Part shown: positions 11,723-24,543 of the stretch, piece by piece
Layout: the number at the start of each line of letters is the position of its first letter
Position numbering within the stretch: position 1 is the stretch's first letter
Origin: Neodothiora populina
Taxonomy: Eukaryota
NCBI RefSeq assembly: GCF_041146345.1
Contig: NW_027191411.1
Span: forward strand, 1,736,001 to 1,800,000
Reading direction: 5' to 3'
DNA: 64,000 nt
Translations under genes and position numbers: made by a program
Notes under the pieces: generated by a model
What the model saw: only the letters and a program-made list of their open reading frames with translations
Database searches by the model: none
Told to the model about the DNA's origin: nothing

Positions 11723-14337
11723 TCATCGGATAGCCTTGTCGTCCTTGTCCTCACGCAGATCCCTGGAATCATTGTCGTCGATGGTAGACGGGTCGTGAAT
11801 GTTTGCTACAGCGCTTTGCAGAGCACTGGTGAGATCGATGTGGAAGAAGGGTCTGTTGAGGCCATGGACGACAACCTTCTTGGTTGTGCCAACCTGGGCT
11901 CTGCTGTGATGCGTGACGTGCTTCTCCAGACTGTTGCGACCGCTTGGCGTTGACGAACCGGAACTCTCCGCAATGTTGTCGATCTCGGCGGGGTTGTGAC
12001 GGGACGAGCGTCCGTCCTCGATATCACGATGGCTGCGGGTAGTGTTCTTGTTGAGTTCAAAGTCGGCTTGGGTCGCAGCGCTGGCAGAGCCTCCGATGTC
12101 TGCAACGCTGAAGATAGGCTTCCAGTGATGGAAAGCTCCATCGTCTTCGGTCTCGGTGGGGTAGCCGAAGCCAGCGGATGCAAGTGCACGTCGAGTCCAG
12201 CGGTTGTTGATGGACGCGAAATGCCATTGTACCTTGTCAGGAGAGGCCCAGCGGTCAAGCTGATTGCGGACATCAATGAGATGTTGCACAGACGTGATAT
12301 CGACGTTGTTAACAGAAGAAAAGTCCATGATGACAGCCTTGAGGGTGGGCTTGTGGAAGTCGACTTCTGCAGCCTTTCCACGGCGTGGACCGGGGTCGTT
12401 CCAGGGACGATCTCCGAGTCTTCCATATGTGTTGGGGTTTGTACGTCTAGTTGACTTGAAGATTGTGGATACCATGTAATCAAGGTAGTGGCTCGCATTG
12501 GGATAGTTGTAACCCTCGGAAAAGCGATAGATGAAGACACCAGGGTGAGGTTCCTCAACGTCGACGTTCGGGTTCGAACCATCATCGTGCTCTAACGGGA
12601 GAAAGATGTTGCGCACGGCAACATCGGTGTTGTCTTTGTTCGCTCCAGGGTAGGTTCCGTTGGTGTCTTCCATCAAGTGGTCGCCGATGACGGAGTGAAT
12701 CTGAACCTTGCCGAGGAAACGACCACGAGCCTTGACCACGCGGAACAGCAAAAGCGCAGCTGAGACACAAATAGTTGTGTAAACACCGTTCTCGATGCTG
12801 GAGAATATAGTAACAAAGATACCAGCGAAGTAGATAGGAACCTCGATAGGAGAGATTCTCCAGAACTGGTACACAGTGTTGGGAGGGGTGATGAGATCAC
12901 CGACGGCGTGAATGATGACGGCAGCCAAGGTGGCGTTGGGAATGTAGAAGAAGACAGCCGGAAGAGCGTAGATGGCGAGAAGCACGACCACGGCAGTAAT
13001 GACACCAGCGAAGGGGGTACGGACACCAGCCTTGGACTTGATGGCGGTACGAGAGAAGGAACCAGTGGCGGGGTAGCCTCCCAAGAAAGGAGACAGCAAG
13101 TTACTGACACCGATAGCAATCATCTCCTGAGATGGGTCGATGGTGTAGTTGTTGACACGACCAAATGACTTGGCGATGGCAATGTGCTCAATCAGCAGAA
13201 CAATGACAGAGGCGGGCAACTGGCTAGCAAAGATCTTGATAATGCGAGTGTTGATGGTAGGCACTGCGGCGTGCTGGAAACCACGAGGCACGGTACCCAG
13301 GATCTTGAAGGGCGCTAACTTCTTCGAGTTCGTTCCGACGTGGATATTCGGAATGTTTCTGCACACAAGCCAACTGATCATGGTGTAGAGCAGAATGACG
13401 AAGACGGTTCTGAGAGTGTTGAGGAAGAAGAACGTCTTCTGCTGCTTGGGGAACCTCTTGGCCAACAGATTACAGATGAAACGAATGATGTAGAGCATAG
13501 CTAGGGCGGTGACACCCATGGCAGCGTTGAGATCGGATCGGCCGAGATGCTGAAGGGTGTGAATAACCACCAAGTATGTGGCATCGCGAGTTGAGAAGCC
13601 CGTGATACCGAGGAGACCTGGAACTTGGCCGACAAGGATACTGATAGCAGAGCCGCAGATGAAAGCCGAGACGGAAGTGAGAGAGATGAAGTCAACGATC
13701 CAGCCCAGACGAGCCAGTCCAATGAAGCAAACAATGGCTCCTGCGATGATCGACAACGCAGAAGCAATCACATGACCATCGATATCGGGATCGGATGCTC
13801 TCGCTGAAAGAACGATGTTGCCAACGATGGTGGACATGACGGCGACGGGCTGCATATATTTGTAAGCTACAATCTTGGGCGTATCATATATGGGGTATAA
13901 CTTACACCGATGGTGATATCCTTGGAAGTAGCAAAAAACCAGTAGATCAATACACCCATGAAGGAAGTGTACAGACCGTAGTAGACGGGGACCTCAGCCA
14001 AAACAGCATATGCCATACCTTGGGGAACAACCACGGCACCGATGGTGATACCAGCAACCATGTCTCCCGAAAACCACTGAAGGTTATATCGGCCGATCCA
14101 TCTCACAAATGGGAAAAGGCTGATAAGGTAGTTGATCATATCCCGACCAGAAGGCATGAGATCCTGGAACCACTCGACAACAGTGGGCTCCTCCTCCACG
14201 AATGTGTCGGCGCTGGAAACTGAGAACACCGACTCTCCTCTGGTGATCTTGTCGGTATGCGCATCTGGGCGGTTGTCAAGCTTGATGCCCAGGACTTTGG
14301 CAAGCCCGTGGCCAACCTTGCTCGAGGTGGAAGCCAT
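11723..14337 (-). CDS. SulP/SLC26 sulfate permease with C-terminal STAS domain (cys-14/sB/SUL-like)
   Basis: Exons 14337-13906 and 13849-11723; intron 13905-13850 (GTAAGT..CAG). Motifs GDMVAGITIGAVVVPQGMAYA, YGLYTSFMG..FFATSKDITIGPVAVMS, YPATGSFSRTAIKSKAGVRTP and STAS DFSSVNNVDITSVQ. Confidence 0.95.
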
Positions 14338-15899
14338 GATCGAGGATCAGACTAGATTGGCTATCAATATGTAGATCGAATAACTCGACCACTGGGTCTC
14401 CAGAAGAGAAGCGGGGGTGGAGACCGAGATATAGAGACTTATATCTCAAACAACCCGGCAGGAAAAGAAAAACTAGAAATTACTCAATCCCTGAGGCTCA
14501 TGAGGAAATCTCAATACACTGCGATGAGGTGATAACGGTAAGACGAGAAGGCGCAAGCCTATTGGGGGCGATTCACACGTCTAGCCTGGAGTGCTTCCGA
14601 GTATCCTGACAATGGATTGGACGATGGAAAGCCAGATGACCAAGCTCGACAATCTAGAACCGAGCGAACGGCGATGTGGGATTAGCTCGAGATGCAGGAC
14701 CTGAGAGATGGAAAGATACTGCAAGAGAAGTATGGATGTCGCGTGGTAAAAAGCGGATTGGGAAGTGATGAGGCGAGGTAGGTTAACACAACCAAGGTCC
14801 AGAGCATAGTCCACCTCGTGCGCCGACGAGGGTTAAGTTTGGGGAGACGTCGTGGTGTCGTAGTCTTGTTTCCATTGTGGATCGCCCAGAAACACTCGAA
14901 CAATGATGTGATCGAGTCGTTCCCCTATGGGGTTAGGAAGAGTATGTTCAGCACCACAGTGTCCATGTCTCGGCATTAATTATGAGAGTATGGAGACCAA
15001 TAGCGGCGGGCTAAAATTACGTGCTTTGAGGCTTCTCAGTCGACATGTCGTCCAACATCATACCTCTCAAGTATGTTTTTTCCTGCCCATGTACGCAATA
15101 TCAGACTTGTTCTGCTCGGAGAAAAATCCTCTGTCTGAACCTGCGTATTCTTTCGTGCATGTAGCATGTTTCATTTATCTTTTTGCACAATAAAACCAAC
15201 TACGACCTGACTCAGAGCAGATTCTTCTCTCATCGAAGAGGCCGGTACGTTGAACGGGTTGGAAAGCCCTGGATGGTACCTGCGTCCGACATCCGTAGCG
15301 AGATGCGCGATTGTCACGATGTGCCGCCTCATCAATCTCACCCACGCTGCGACGACGTGAAACGGTGAGAAAGAAAACTCGAATGCCGCGGCAACTTGTG
15401 TTCACCCAGAACCTCAACGATCTTGGCTCTGAATAATTTCAATTTCTGGCTGAAAAGCTGACACTTCGCACCGCGTCTATCTGCGATGGCTCGATTTGAT
15501 CTCTGTTGAAACTTTGTATCTCCGGCTCGCTTCTGCACTCCATCTTCCCCAGATTTCGTCGAGAACTCGGAGTCTCTTCGAATTCGCCCTCCGGTCACCA
15601 CTGTCACCCCGGCATGCGGCAAGGACACTGTTGACGTCACCGGCGAACTACCCGTGCTAAGGCCGCGTGCCGCTGTTCTGTGCGAGGAACGGTACAGTAA
15701 GGTGCACCTTCGGTCTGCTACAAAGGTGCCTTAGTAAAGTGTCTTACATCCTGTTATGCACATGTAGGGAGACAGAAGCCCACTTCTCAAATCAAACACT
15801 GAGCAAACAGGCTTTAGTCGTGACACGCTGAATCATGTTGTAAACAATCCAATTTACAGTAGTAACATTTCTGGTGTCGCCGATCACGCGTTCGCAAAG

Positions 15900-17040
15900 A
15901 TGGCAGACTTGGACATGCTCTTGCACAAGGGTCCTGCCAATGGAGACTTAAATGGTGGGTTAGAACAATTGCGATATACTGTCCTTACGGATGGTATTGC
16001 GAGTAATAGCGATGGCATGGTAGGATAACACGTCTTTCGAGTTCGAAGATCCATGAGTATGTATGCGCTGATATTACCAGTCCGAGCTGCGCATATATGT
16101 ATGGCTTATTCTCCTGAACGCGCCACCTCTGCGTACCGATGCCTATCTTGATCTGGTCCGTCAAGGGGCTTCTCCAGCATATACCAAGATACGCAACGAC
16201 ACTTTCCGTACATTGACCACCGATCCCTTATTCAGACGTCGTGTCACAGAGAATAGCTTAACACGCGTGCTCAATGCGATCGCCTGGAAGTTACACGATG
16301 CTAACGAAGCGCGCGTGAACGGATGGATGTCTCCTCCTACGTTGTCAGTCCCGAAAAGCCTGGATGGAACAGAAATGTCGCCCTCTACTGCTTCAACGAC
16401 GGCGAGAGCTCGTGTTGGTTCCGTAACTGGCACGGAGGGTTCCGAGGCTGGTGATGCTTCATCGCAAATCGGCTACGTGCAAGGAATGAATGTTCTTGCC
16501 GCCCCGTTCTTGTATGCTGCTAGAAGTGAAGTCGAAGCCTTTGGTGCTTTCGATCGCTTCATCACCAATGAATGTCCTGGATATGTCAGAGGTTCAATGG
16601 ATGGTGTCCACAAAGGCCTGTCGCTCGTCGACAAAATCCTGGAAATTGTCGATCCCAAATTATACGCATACCTGGCATCTAAGGGCATGGAGGCGAGGAT
16701 CTATGCATTTGCCAGTGTTCTGACAATGTGTGCTTGCACTCCTCCACTCCCCGAGGTATTGCAGCTCTGGGACTTCTGCTTCGCTTACGGACCCCACCTA
16801 AACTTACTATGCATTGTCGCACAATTGGTCTTGATTCGCGACCAGCTATTGAGCAGCCCCAGGTAGGCTCATGTAAGCTGCACTATCTCAGAGGTTCAAC
16901 TAATGACTTGGTACAGTCCAAACCAGATCCTGCGATCTTTTCCGTCATTACAGGCTGCGAAAATAAAGCCTATGGCCATCAGTTTCGTGAGGAAACTTCC
17001 TGAAAGTCTATACGAGCAAATCGTCAATCACGCGAAGTAG
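15900..17040 (+). CDS. BUB2: Bub2/Cdc16 TBC-domain GAP (mitotic exit / septation network)
   Basis: Exons 15900-16019, 16081-16862, 16917-17040. Motifs LRIYVWLILL, YTKIRNDTFRT (Arg finger), YVQGMNVLAAPFLY (Gln finger), LTMCACTPPLPEVLQLWDF..YGPHLN. The exact start is uncertain. Confidence 0.92.
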
Positions 17041-17686
17041 AAATGTCCATAACATACGATGCTAGATATCGTAAAAGATATTTCTATCCCTGGATATGAA
17101 GTTTTCGATGGACTGTCGCACAAACCCGAGAGGGAAGCGCCTACCTTTTCGATGGTCTGCATGGCTGCGCGGTCGGTCTGGATTGTATCCTCACTCGGAC
17201 GCAGAGACAGGGCGAATTGCGAGAGGCTACATCGCATCTTACGAAGATCATTGAATGCTTTGATGGATTACGAATTACGTATACCCAAGGGACGGAAGGC
17301 TGCACGTTCTCGTGGGTGGGGAGGGGGCCACGTGCACTATAGCCCGGAATGCTCAAATACATGGAATGTATAATGTCATTTACATCCCGTTCTGGAAAAG
17401 TGTTCTGAGACAAGCGTAGAATACATTGTCAGCTCTGAATCAGATTACTGTTTCTCAGACTTGGGGCCGCCTTCGTTCGGCTCCTTGATGTAGGTTTCGG
17501 CATTGTCTTTCACATCAAATCTCAATACGCCCATCACACGGTCACCGACATGATGACTTTCTTTGTCTCAGGCAGCTTGACCTGCTGCACTCCTCGCGCA
17601 GTTCTCGACTTTGAGCCAGAACTAAAAACATGTATATCGACACTCAGCCGGCTTCACTACATGCCCAGGTGGCTGCCGCTACCACG

Positions 17687-20467
17687 ATGGCCTCTGCGAG
17701 GAAACAACCGAGACTTCATCCGCGGCCACCTCTAGCACCACAAATATCTAAAGCTTCGTCTTCCTCGCTGCGAGGCATGGAACAAGCCATTCCTCCGTCT
17801 CCTCCATCATTTCAAGCTTTTGTCAAGAAGACTCCATCAGTCAACTCAGACAAGCCATTGCCATCAGTCCCTCGCGTAAGCAGCGCAACAGACACAGAAT
17901 CTACACCAGGCACGTCTCGAACATCCAGCATATACAGTCGAAGTAGTGGCCAATGGGCAGGCGCTCCAATGTCGTGGGCGAGCCGTGACTTCGCAATGAC
18001 AGACATGTTCTTGCAGCCGTCAATATACAGCCTGAGCACACCTGAGCTCGTCGTTGAGCAGTCTAACACAAAACTTGCTTCCACTGCGTTCTTACAGCCA
18101 AGAGCATACGAGCCGCTGTTGACTTCACCTTCACCAAGTATCAGTGCAAGCTCGAGTTTCGCTGGAGCAGCAATGACGGCACATGGCGACGTAGACGCTG
18201 CTGCTTTCACTGAAACCAGTCACGAAAGGCGTACTTCTGCATTACTGCCACCTTCGGGCATAGTGGCTCACATGACTCCACGTCATATCAAGACTGTATC
18301 ATTAGACAAAGCGAGAGCAGCAGTTGTTCCCCATAAGGATCTGCTGACAGGTTCTGACGACACACAAGCTCCAGCTTATAAACAATCTCAGAAGACGTAT
18401 TTTCGCACAAGCCGCTCGACGATGGGGCTCGTTGACCTGATCATGGGCGAGATGCGGTCACCTACATCACCTGCGCTGAGCGCAGACTTACACAAGAGCT
18501 GGCTCTGGCAAGATCACAGTGGTAACAGCTTGCTATCACCAGTCATCGCACAGCCGACCCCATGGACAGGCCCAAACACTGTGAAGTTCCAATTCCGTGA
18601 AAGTAAACTCTCAGATAAATTCTTCGGTGTGAACCCTATAGATCGAGCTGCGATGGCTCCGATCGTACGACAGCAGCAGTCGAATGCCCGACGAATCTCG
18701 CTCATAGACAGAGTTCAGATCGGCAAGGAAGACTCCTCCGTCGATGAGGAATCGGACGATGACGGTTGGGTCAATAGTAAAACAGACGATTCGGTAGCAC
18801 AGATCGTGGTATATGATCAGAAAGATCGAGGCAGGCCCCGAACCCCTCGATTGATAGATATCATCGAGGTGAACCAGCCTCCAGTCCTGCAGTCTCCTCA
18901 GCTAGCCACGTCCACCAACGCAAGCTTGATTTCGGAAGCAGAGCGCTTAGCAAAGGAGCATCATGCTTTGCTTTTTTCACAAGATACGAATCTTGCTGGC
19001 GTCGAACACAGACGTCCGTCTAGCGGTCGAGACGTCAAATTAGCCCCTCGACCGCTGTTCTTCAACCCTCGCCAAATCTCGAAACAGCGTATGGAGCAAT
19101 ACAACCGCGCCAGATATAGCATACATGGCCATGATTCTTTAGCACCTACGCGAAACAGCCTCGGGCCGCAGAACAATGCAAGCAGCAACCGCTGGCACAA
19201 CCCCTCCCCGATTGCTAACTTCCCCTTGAAGCTGTCCTTGACACCTGAATCGACAAGATCGCAAAGTTCGACCGAGAGCAGCCCTGCCACGCCATCCCAC
19301 ATAATACCTAAGGACTATCTTGCGAGCTCAGCAGCAGCGCCTCCTCCATCAACGAGGAAGAACCACAGCAGGTTCTTGAGCGCCTTGCGCTCACCAACGA
19401 CTTCCTCGTCACGCCAATCCGAGAAAGCCAAACCACAAAGTCACACAGTCACTTCTGATCCGCATACCATCCCAACCAGGAATGCAGGACAACCCATGGG
19501 CACCAGTAAAGGTGCGAAGCACTCTCCCAAGACCCCGTTTACACCACCCGTGGGCGCCATGGTAGTAGCTACACGTGCGGAAGCTGAAGCTGCGTTCAGC
19601 TCGCCCATTACCCTGGAGAGAGGCGCGGTTCTGAAGTCTGCAGTGAAGAGACGGTCTTCTGGCCGCGGTTGGCCCCTGTGGACGTCATTGAGTGGCTCTG
19701 CATCAGGCTCTCATACGGCTACAGTAGCACGTCCCGTAGAGAAAGAAAGTCCAAAGGAAGCAAAATCATTCCTTGGTCATCGGCACAAACCCTCTGGTGC
19801 AGGTGGTAGAAACGACGGTGCTACAACTATGAGCTCACTTAGTCATGTACGAGCAGGAAAGGTATTCAACGTGTTCCACAGAAGAGCAGGAAGCGATGAT
19901 GAACCACCAGCCATAGTCGTCACAGCAAGTGACAACAACAATCCAATCATCCCCGAGGCATCATTTCACGGACCAAATCCCGTATCACCGAGACCATCTA
20001 GTGTACATTCGACCGACTCCCTACCACCTCCTCAGTTTTCGTCTTCATCCTCATCAAGAACAACGACCGGAACAGCAGCAGCAGCGAAAATAAAAATAGA
20101 TTCCCGCTTCAAGTCTATATCCCGTCCCATTAACCTGTTGGACCCGACAAACCTACCTCCTACAGATCCCGCCTCCAAACCCAAACATGACAAAATGTTG
20201 CACCGTCCGAGTCTCTTCTCGCACGTCAGAAGCCTCAGTGCCATTGGCGATAGCGGTGGTGGTGGTAGTGGTGGAGGTGGTGGTGGCAACAAGAGTGCAA
20301 GATTGGGTTTGAGCGTAAGGCGGCAGAGTAAAGCCGACAAGAGGCGGGAGGAACTCAAGAGGAGTATTAGACTTGTGCCTGGGAGTGTTGTTGAGCAAGG
20401 CAGTGTTGACTCTTCCAATGTTGGGGTTGCTAAGGGTAGGAGTGGCGGGGCACATGGGTGGTTGTGA
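17687..20467 (+). CDS. Hypothetical Ser/Pro/Arg-rich, probably disordered protein (about 927 aa from the first ATG)
   Basis: Uninterrupted ORF of about 2.8 kb; first ATG at 17687 (MASARKQPR). No recognisable domain; DKPLP motif, poly-Gly stretch and C-terminal KADKRREELKRSIRLV helix. Confidence 0.8.
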   Translation: MASARKQPRLHPRPPLAPQISKASSSSLRGMEQAIPPSPPSFQAFVKKTPSVNSDKPLPSVPRVSSATDTESTPGTSRTSSIYSRSSGQWAGAPMSWASRDFAMTDMFLQPSIYSLSTPELVVEQSNTKLASTAFLQPRAYEPLLTSPSPSISASSSFAGAAMTAHGDVDAAAFTETSHERRTSALLPPSGIVAHMTPRHIKTVSLDKARAAVVPHKDLLTGSDDTQAPAYKQSQKTYFRTSRSTMGLVDLIMGEMRSPTSPALSADLHKSWLWQDHSGNSLLSPVIAQPTPWTGPNTVKFQFRESKLSDKFFGVNPIDRAAMAPIVRQQQSNARRISLIDRVQIGKEDSSVDEESDDDGWVNSKTDDSVAQIVVYDQKDRGRPRTPRLIDIIEVNQPPVLQSPQLATSTNASLISEAERLAKEHHALLFSQDTNLAGVEHRRPSSGRDVKLAPRPLFFNPRQISKQRMEQYNRARYSIHGHDSLAPTRNSLGPQNNASSNRWHNPSPIANFPLKLSLTPESTRSQSSTESSPATPSHIIPKDYLASSAAAPPPSTRKNHSRFLSALRSPTTSSSRQSEKAKPQSHTVTSDPHTIPTRNAGQPMGTSKGAKHSPKTPFTPPVGAMVVATRAEAEAAFSSPITLERGAVLKSAVKRRSSGRGWPLWTSLSGSASGSHTATVARPVEKESPKEAKSFLGHRHKPSGAGGRNDGATTMSSLSHVRAGKVFNVFHRRAGSDDEPPAIVVTASDNNNPIIPEASFHGPNPVSPRPSSVHSTDSLPPPQFSSSSSSRTTTGTAAAAKIKIDSRFKSISRPINLLDPTNLPPTDPASKPKHDKMLHRPSLFSHVRSLSAIGDSGGGGSGGGGGGNKSARLGLSVRRQSKADKRREELKRSIRLVPGSVVEQGSVDSSNVGVAKGRSGGAHGWL

Positions 20468-20649
20468 AGGAACGAGGCACTGCATGTTGGTAAGGATAGT
20501 TTGTGGTCGGCCCTGGCTGAATTGCTGAGAGGATGGATGGGTCATGTATGAATTTGTCTTTATGTGTGGATTTCCATAATATCCTTTGCTCATAAGAGTG
20601 TCATGCTCGTGTGTCACGATGGTTCTTACATCGTGCAACTATATGTATA

Positions 20650-22243
20650 TCATGAGGTATCCTTCATCAGCCCACAACCTGAGCATGTCCACCATTTATG
20701 CTCCATGAATGTCGCACATTCTCGGCAGTACCATCCGAGCTCCTCCTTGGACTGTGGCGTTTTCTGCGTTTGTGCTACGGGTTTCATCCGCACGGCAGGA
20801 GGTGCGGTCTTCTTGCTCAGGTAGATTGGTCTTTCTACTGTGCAAGCATCGCAGGCCAGGAATTGTAAAGGGTTTATGCATGTGCAAATTTCACATGTCC
20901 ACGTATCCGTTGTGCCCGCTGATTGTGGCGTAGAATCCTGTTCGTCGGTGAGATCGATCAAGTCTGGCTGTGCATCTGCAGGAGATGACTTCTCTTGTAG
21001 CACATCGGGGTTCCGGAATCGAAGGACGTTGCTTGTATCGATGCGAGATTTCGATCTCTTCGCGGCTGGGAGGTCGGGTCTGTGTATTAACCGCGAGCTC
21101 ATTCGTTTGCTGTTATCAGGCTGGTGTTGGGAGGGATGAGTGTCGATGGGAGACGCTTGTCCAGACTTTATGCTTTCCTGTAATGCCCACTTCATCTGCT
21201 CTTCTTCGGTCATGGTACTGTCGGGTCTCGAGTCCACTTCTGAGTATAGACCTCGGTCTGGATGCCAGGAAAGACCACCCTCTGATGGAGGCGAGGTGAA
21301 CGTGCCTATGGTCTTTTTCATCTCGTCTTCCTCCATCAGCTCCAACAAAGCCTCAGCAATAGCTCTGTCGTTCGCGTCGTCCTCTTCAGCTTTCGTCTTG
21401 AAAGTTTGATGCGAAGCATGATCAGCGATTCTGCCTGCATCGGCCGTGCCAGATGCACAACCTCTGTCGATAGTGTTTCGTCGTTGCGCTGCTTCGGCAA
21501 TGACTTGACGCGTGTCTGATCCACGGTGTAGTGGGGCTCCACCAACTCGTTGGCCGGAGCTCTTCTGCAGTACTCGACGCTTCTCTGCGTTTGCGCGGGC
21601 CAGGCGACGAAGCTCACTATGTGGTGGAACACGTCCTCCACCCAGTCTACTCCCTTTAGATAGAAACCCTTCTCCGGTATAACCTCTCGTTAACAATGTT
21701 TCATGCTCGTTGCGGAGCTCATCCCATAAAGCATGAAAGTTCGCATCATGCGCACCCCAGACGATGTGTGATAGTCTGGATTATGTTAGTACAATGTGTA
21801 GAAGCTTTCATCACAGTGATTGATCGCACTCGTGCAACATGGTGTCTAATGTCTGCTCGAAAGGTAAGAACGTCCCTAGTGCATGATTGTACCTCAGACG
21901 CACACATATCTTGTAGCCGCGATTTATATTCAACCCTAATATGTTTGGTCAGTATCACATCCCAAGAGAGACCGTCGAGGAATGACAAACCGAGCAAGTT
22001 CGCGTTCTCTGGCAGAAATTCAGTAAGCACGCTGACTTGCCAACCCCTTTTCCTCATGATGGGTTTGACCATAGAGGCTATCTTGCGAAGGCGATCAAGA
22101 CCTTCTTCATGGCTAGGCACACCGCGCAAATGTTCGTAAGAGTGAAACAGAGCGTCCGTCTCTTGGAGAGAAGAGGCGTACGTCTTGCTGTGTGTCGATG
22201 GCCCTGTAGCCCACTGGCTTGTGTGGCGAGAAGGGTGCATCAT
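20650..22243 (-). CDS. WSS1: Wss1-like WLM zinc metalloprotease (DNA-protein crosslink repair) with two C-terminal RanBP2-type zinc fingers
   Basis: Introns 21990-21936 and 21829-21776. Spliced LRKIASMVKPIMRKRGWQV..LTEFLP..NLLGLNINRGYKICVRLR..LDTMLHELSHIVWGAHDANFH (HExxH split by intron 2). SHP-like FLSKGSRLGG, VIM-like RQVIAEAAQRR, SIM-like LIDLTDE; fingers WTCEICTCIN..LACDAC and WYCREC..WWTCSGC. Confidence 0.9.
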
Positions 22244-23149
22244 GAACAGCCTTTGAGATCACTGCTCCAGTGCGTATTATGTCTTCGGGCGTGGTTCAGA
22301 TATGAAAGTCATCAAGTTACTGGGTCTAAGCAGACTCTGAGAAATTGCCACGATCATTACATCAGAACGATTCGCTAGTCTGATCGATACTGTTTCGTCG
22401 GTTGGGCCGTCACTTGCTTGGGCCAAAAGGACACACGCTGGTTGAGATTGGTGTTGCTCTTCTAGTTTGTGGTGGGTGGCAAGAGCAGGGTTGCCTAAGC
22501 AGCCTTGGTTTACACGTGGACTCGAGAGGGATTACAATAAGCACTCTTGGTTGCACAATCCATTATCAAGTCTCGCACAGAATTTGCCTGTCACCTGTAC
22601 ACTCAGGGAGATGATGGATGAAATAGAAGTCTAGACATAGTTATGGTACATGTCTTGGGCGCCGCGTCAACGAATAGCGTCGTCAGCAAGTCTTTGAATG
22701 TGGCAACACGAAAGTAGCGTCAGTTTACGCGTCTACAGATTGAGTTGGACTTGGCATAGTGAGAGACGCACGGCTGGAAAGCTCACTAAATATTCTATAA
22801 GCAACTCTATTGACATCTGATATCGTGGTACAGATGCTGTTGCTCATTAACCTAATAGAGCGATATTGCAGAGCCGTGCCAGTGTCGGTAGATGTTGCCG
22901 TGAACAGTGTAAATTCTAGGCGCTGACCTCACCGTAAGGTGTGAAACGCGGCAGGCGTTTCCCCGCATAAGGAAACTTGCCTCTGTAAGCTGCAAGGCAA
23001 CTGCCTCGGAGCCGAGCTTGCGTGCCCACCTTATCTTGAGATACTGTCCAATATTTCGCCGCTATATAGGTAGATAAGACGTCACAACATATCGGACTCG
23101 GTTTGTCCAGACCATTCTTACTGCGAGACCTTACAACACAACCCCAACC

Positions 23150-24543
23150 ATGACAGACGCACAACATTTCTTCGATGTGGTGAGCCATGCACATTCTTCG
23201 GGTCCTTCAGGATCATCTCTACAAGTTGGGGAGACTAACAACGATGAGTAGGCGCGACAACAATACAACGAGCTTGCAGATGGAATAGAGCGCCACTTCG
23301 AACATGTTGCGACACAGCTGAAGGACTGGATACCCCAACAGACCAAACAAACTCCTCCGCCTCCTCCTCCTCCTCCTCGCAGACTTTTACCGGCATCATA
23401 TTGGCAGAGCGTGCAGCGATGGGTGTCGCGCAACACCGCTATGAGCGCTGGAATCGCCGCCTTTGTTGGTACTGGAGCTGTCTTACTATTCATTCAACGA
23501 CAGGCGCATTACAAAAAACGAAGAGCCCGAAGATCAAGTGGTGGGGCTCGGACAGAAGTTGTTGGTAAGCTGAGGCATCCGACTTTCCACGCATTATGCG
23601 CCATGCTGATTAAATATAGTCATTTCTGGCTCTCCAAGTTCTCCTCTTACCTTGGCACTGGCACTTGACCTTGAGCGACGAGGCTTCATCGTCTACTTTG
23701 TCACAAGCTCTGCTGAAGATGAACAACACATCAGGGGCCAGTCGCGAGTCGATCTACTGCCGCTGAACCTTGACCTCGTACATGTGTGTGAGCTGTGATA
23801 TTTTACCTTACGAGATCCTTGCTGACAATATTCATCAGCCATCCACAGCTCAGGAACAGGTCAGCCGATTCCGCAACTTTCTCTCAAGGCATCATCATGC
23901 CTTCCACGGAGCCCCGGCACACGCCTTGTCACTAGCCGGCATAATCATCGTTCCTGAAACGACAGCTACTGCCGAGCCCATATATGCAACGAGTCCAGAG
24001 GCTTGGTCAACAGCACTGAATGCCAAGATCCTCAGCACCATCATGACGACGCAGTCGCTGTTGCCTCTGGCCACAGAGTTCAAGAGCAGAATCTTGTTCC
24101 TGACTCCGAGTATCGTGCCTTCCTTGCGTCTACCTTACCATTCGGTTCAATCCACTGTGAGCGGCGCTCTAGATGGCTTCACAGCCACACTCGCCGCAGA
24201 GTTGGCGAGCGCGAACATTCCCGTCTGCAATTTCAGACTTGGCAACATCGGAACCCCTGGTGGTAAACATCGCAAAGACGATAATCGTCTGATCAGAGGA
24301 TCTTCCATGCGCAAGGTGCATGACTCGGTGTTCGACGCATTGCATGCCAAACGGCCTTCGAGGACCTGGTATGTTGGTAGAGGAAGTATGGTATACGATT
24401 TGATAGGTGCATGGATGCCCAGCGCTCTGGTGAACAGAATGATGGGCGTCAACACCATGATCGCGCCGGTGGCGGATGATGTGTCTACACAGGACTCCGA
24501 GGAGGACCATGGCACAAGATCGATTGAGTGGGAAAAGGTGTGA
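23150..24543 (+). CDS. DUF1776-family protein (Ysc83-like, one TM segment plus Rossmann/SDR-like region)
   Basis: Introns 23180-23251, 23565-23619 and about 23784-23838. Spliced MTDAQHFFDVARQQY..poly-Pro..TM (AGIAAFVGTGAVLLFI)..RRARRSSGGARTEVVVISGSPSSPLTLALALDLERRGFIVY..YVGRGSMVYDLIGAWMP. Confidence 0.8.

Noticed and set aside
15632..15639. TGACGTCA palindrome between sulfate permease and BUB2 as a CYS-3/MetR site
   Set aside because: It is a generic CRE-like site; I found no exact ATGRYRYCAT match, so it cannot be assigned to sulfur control.
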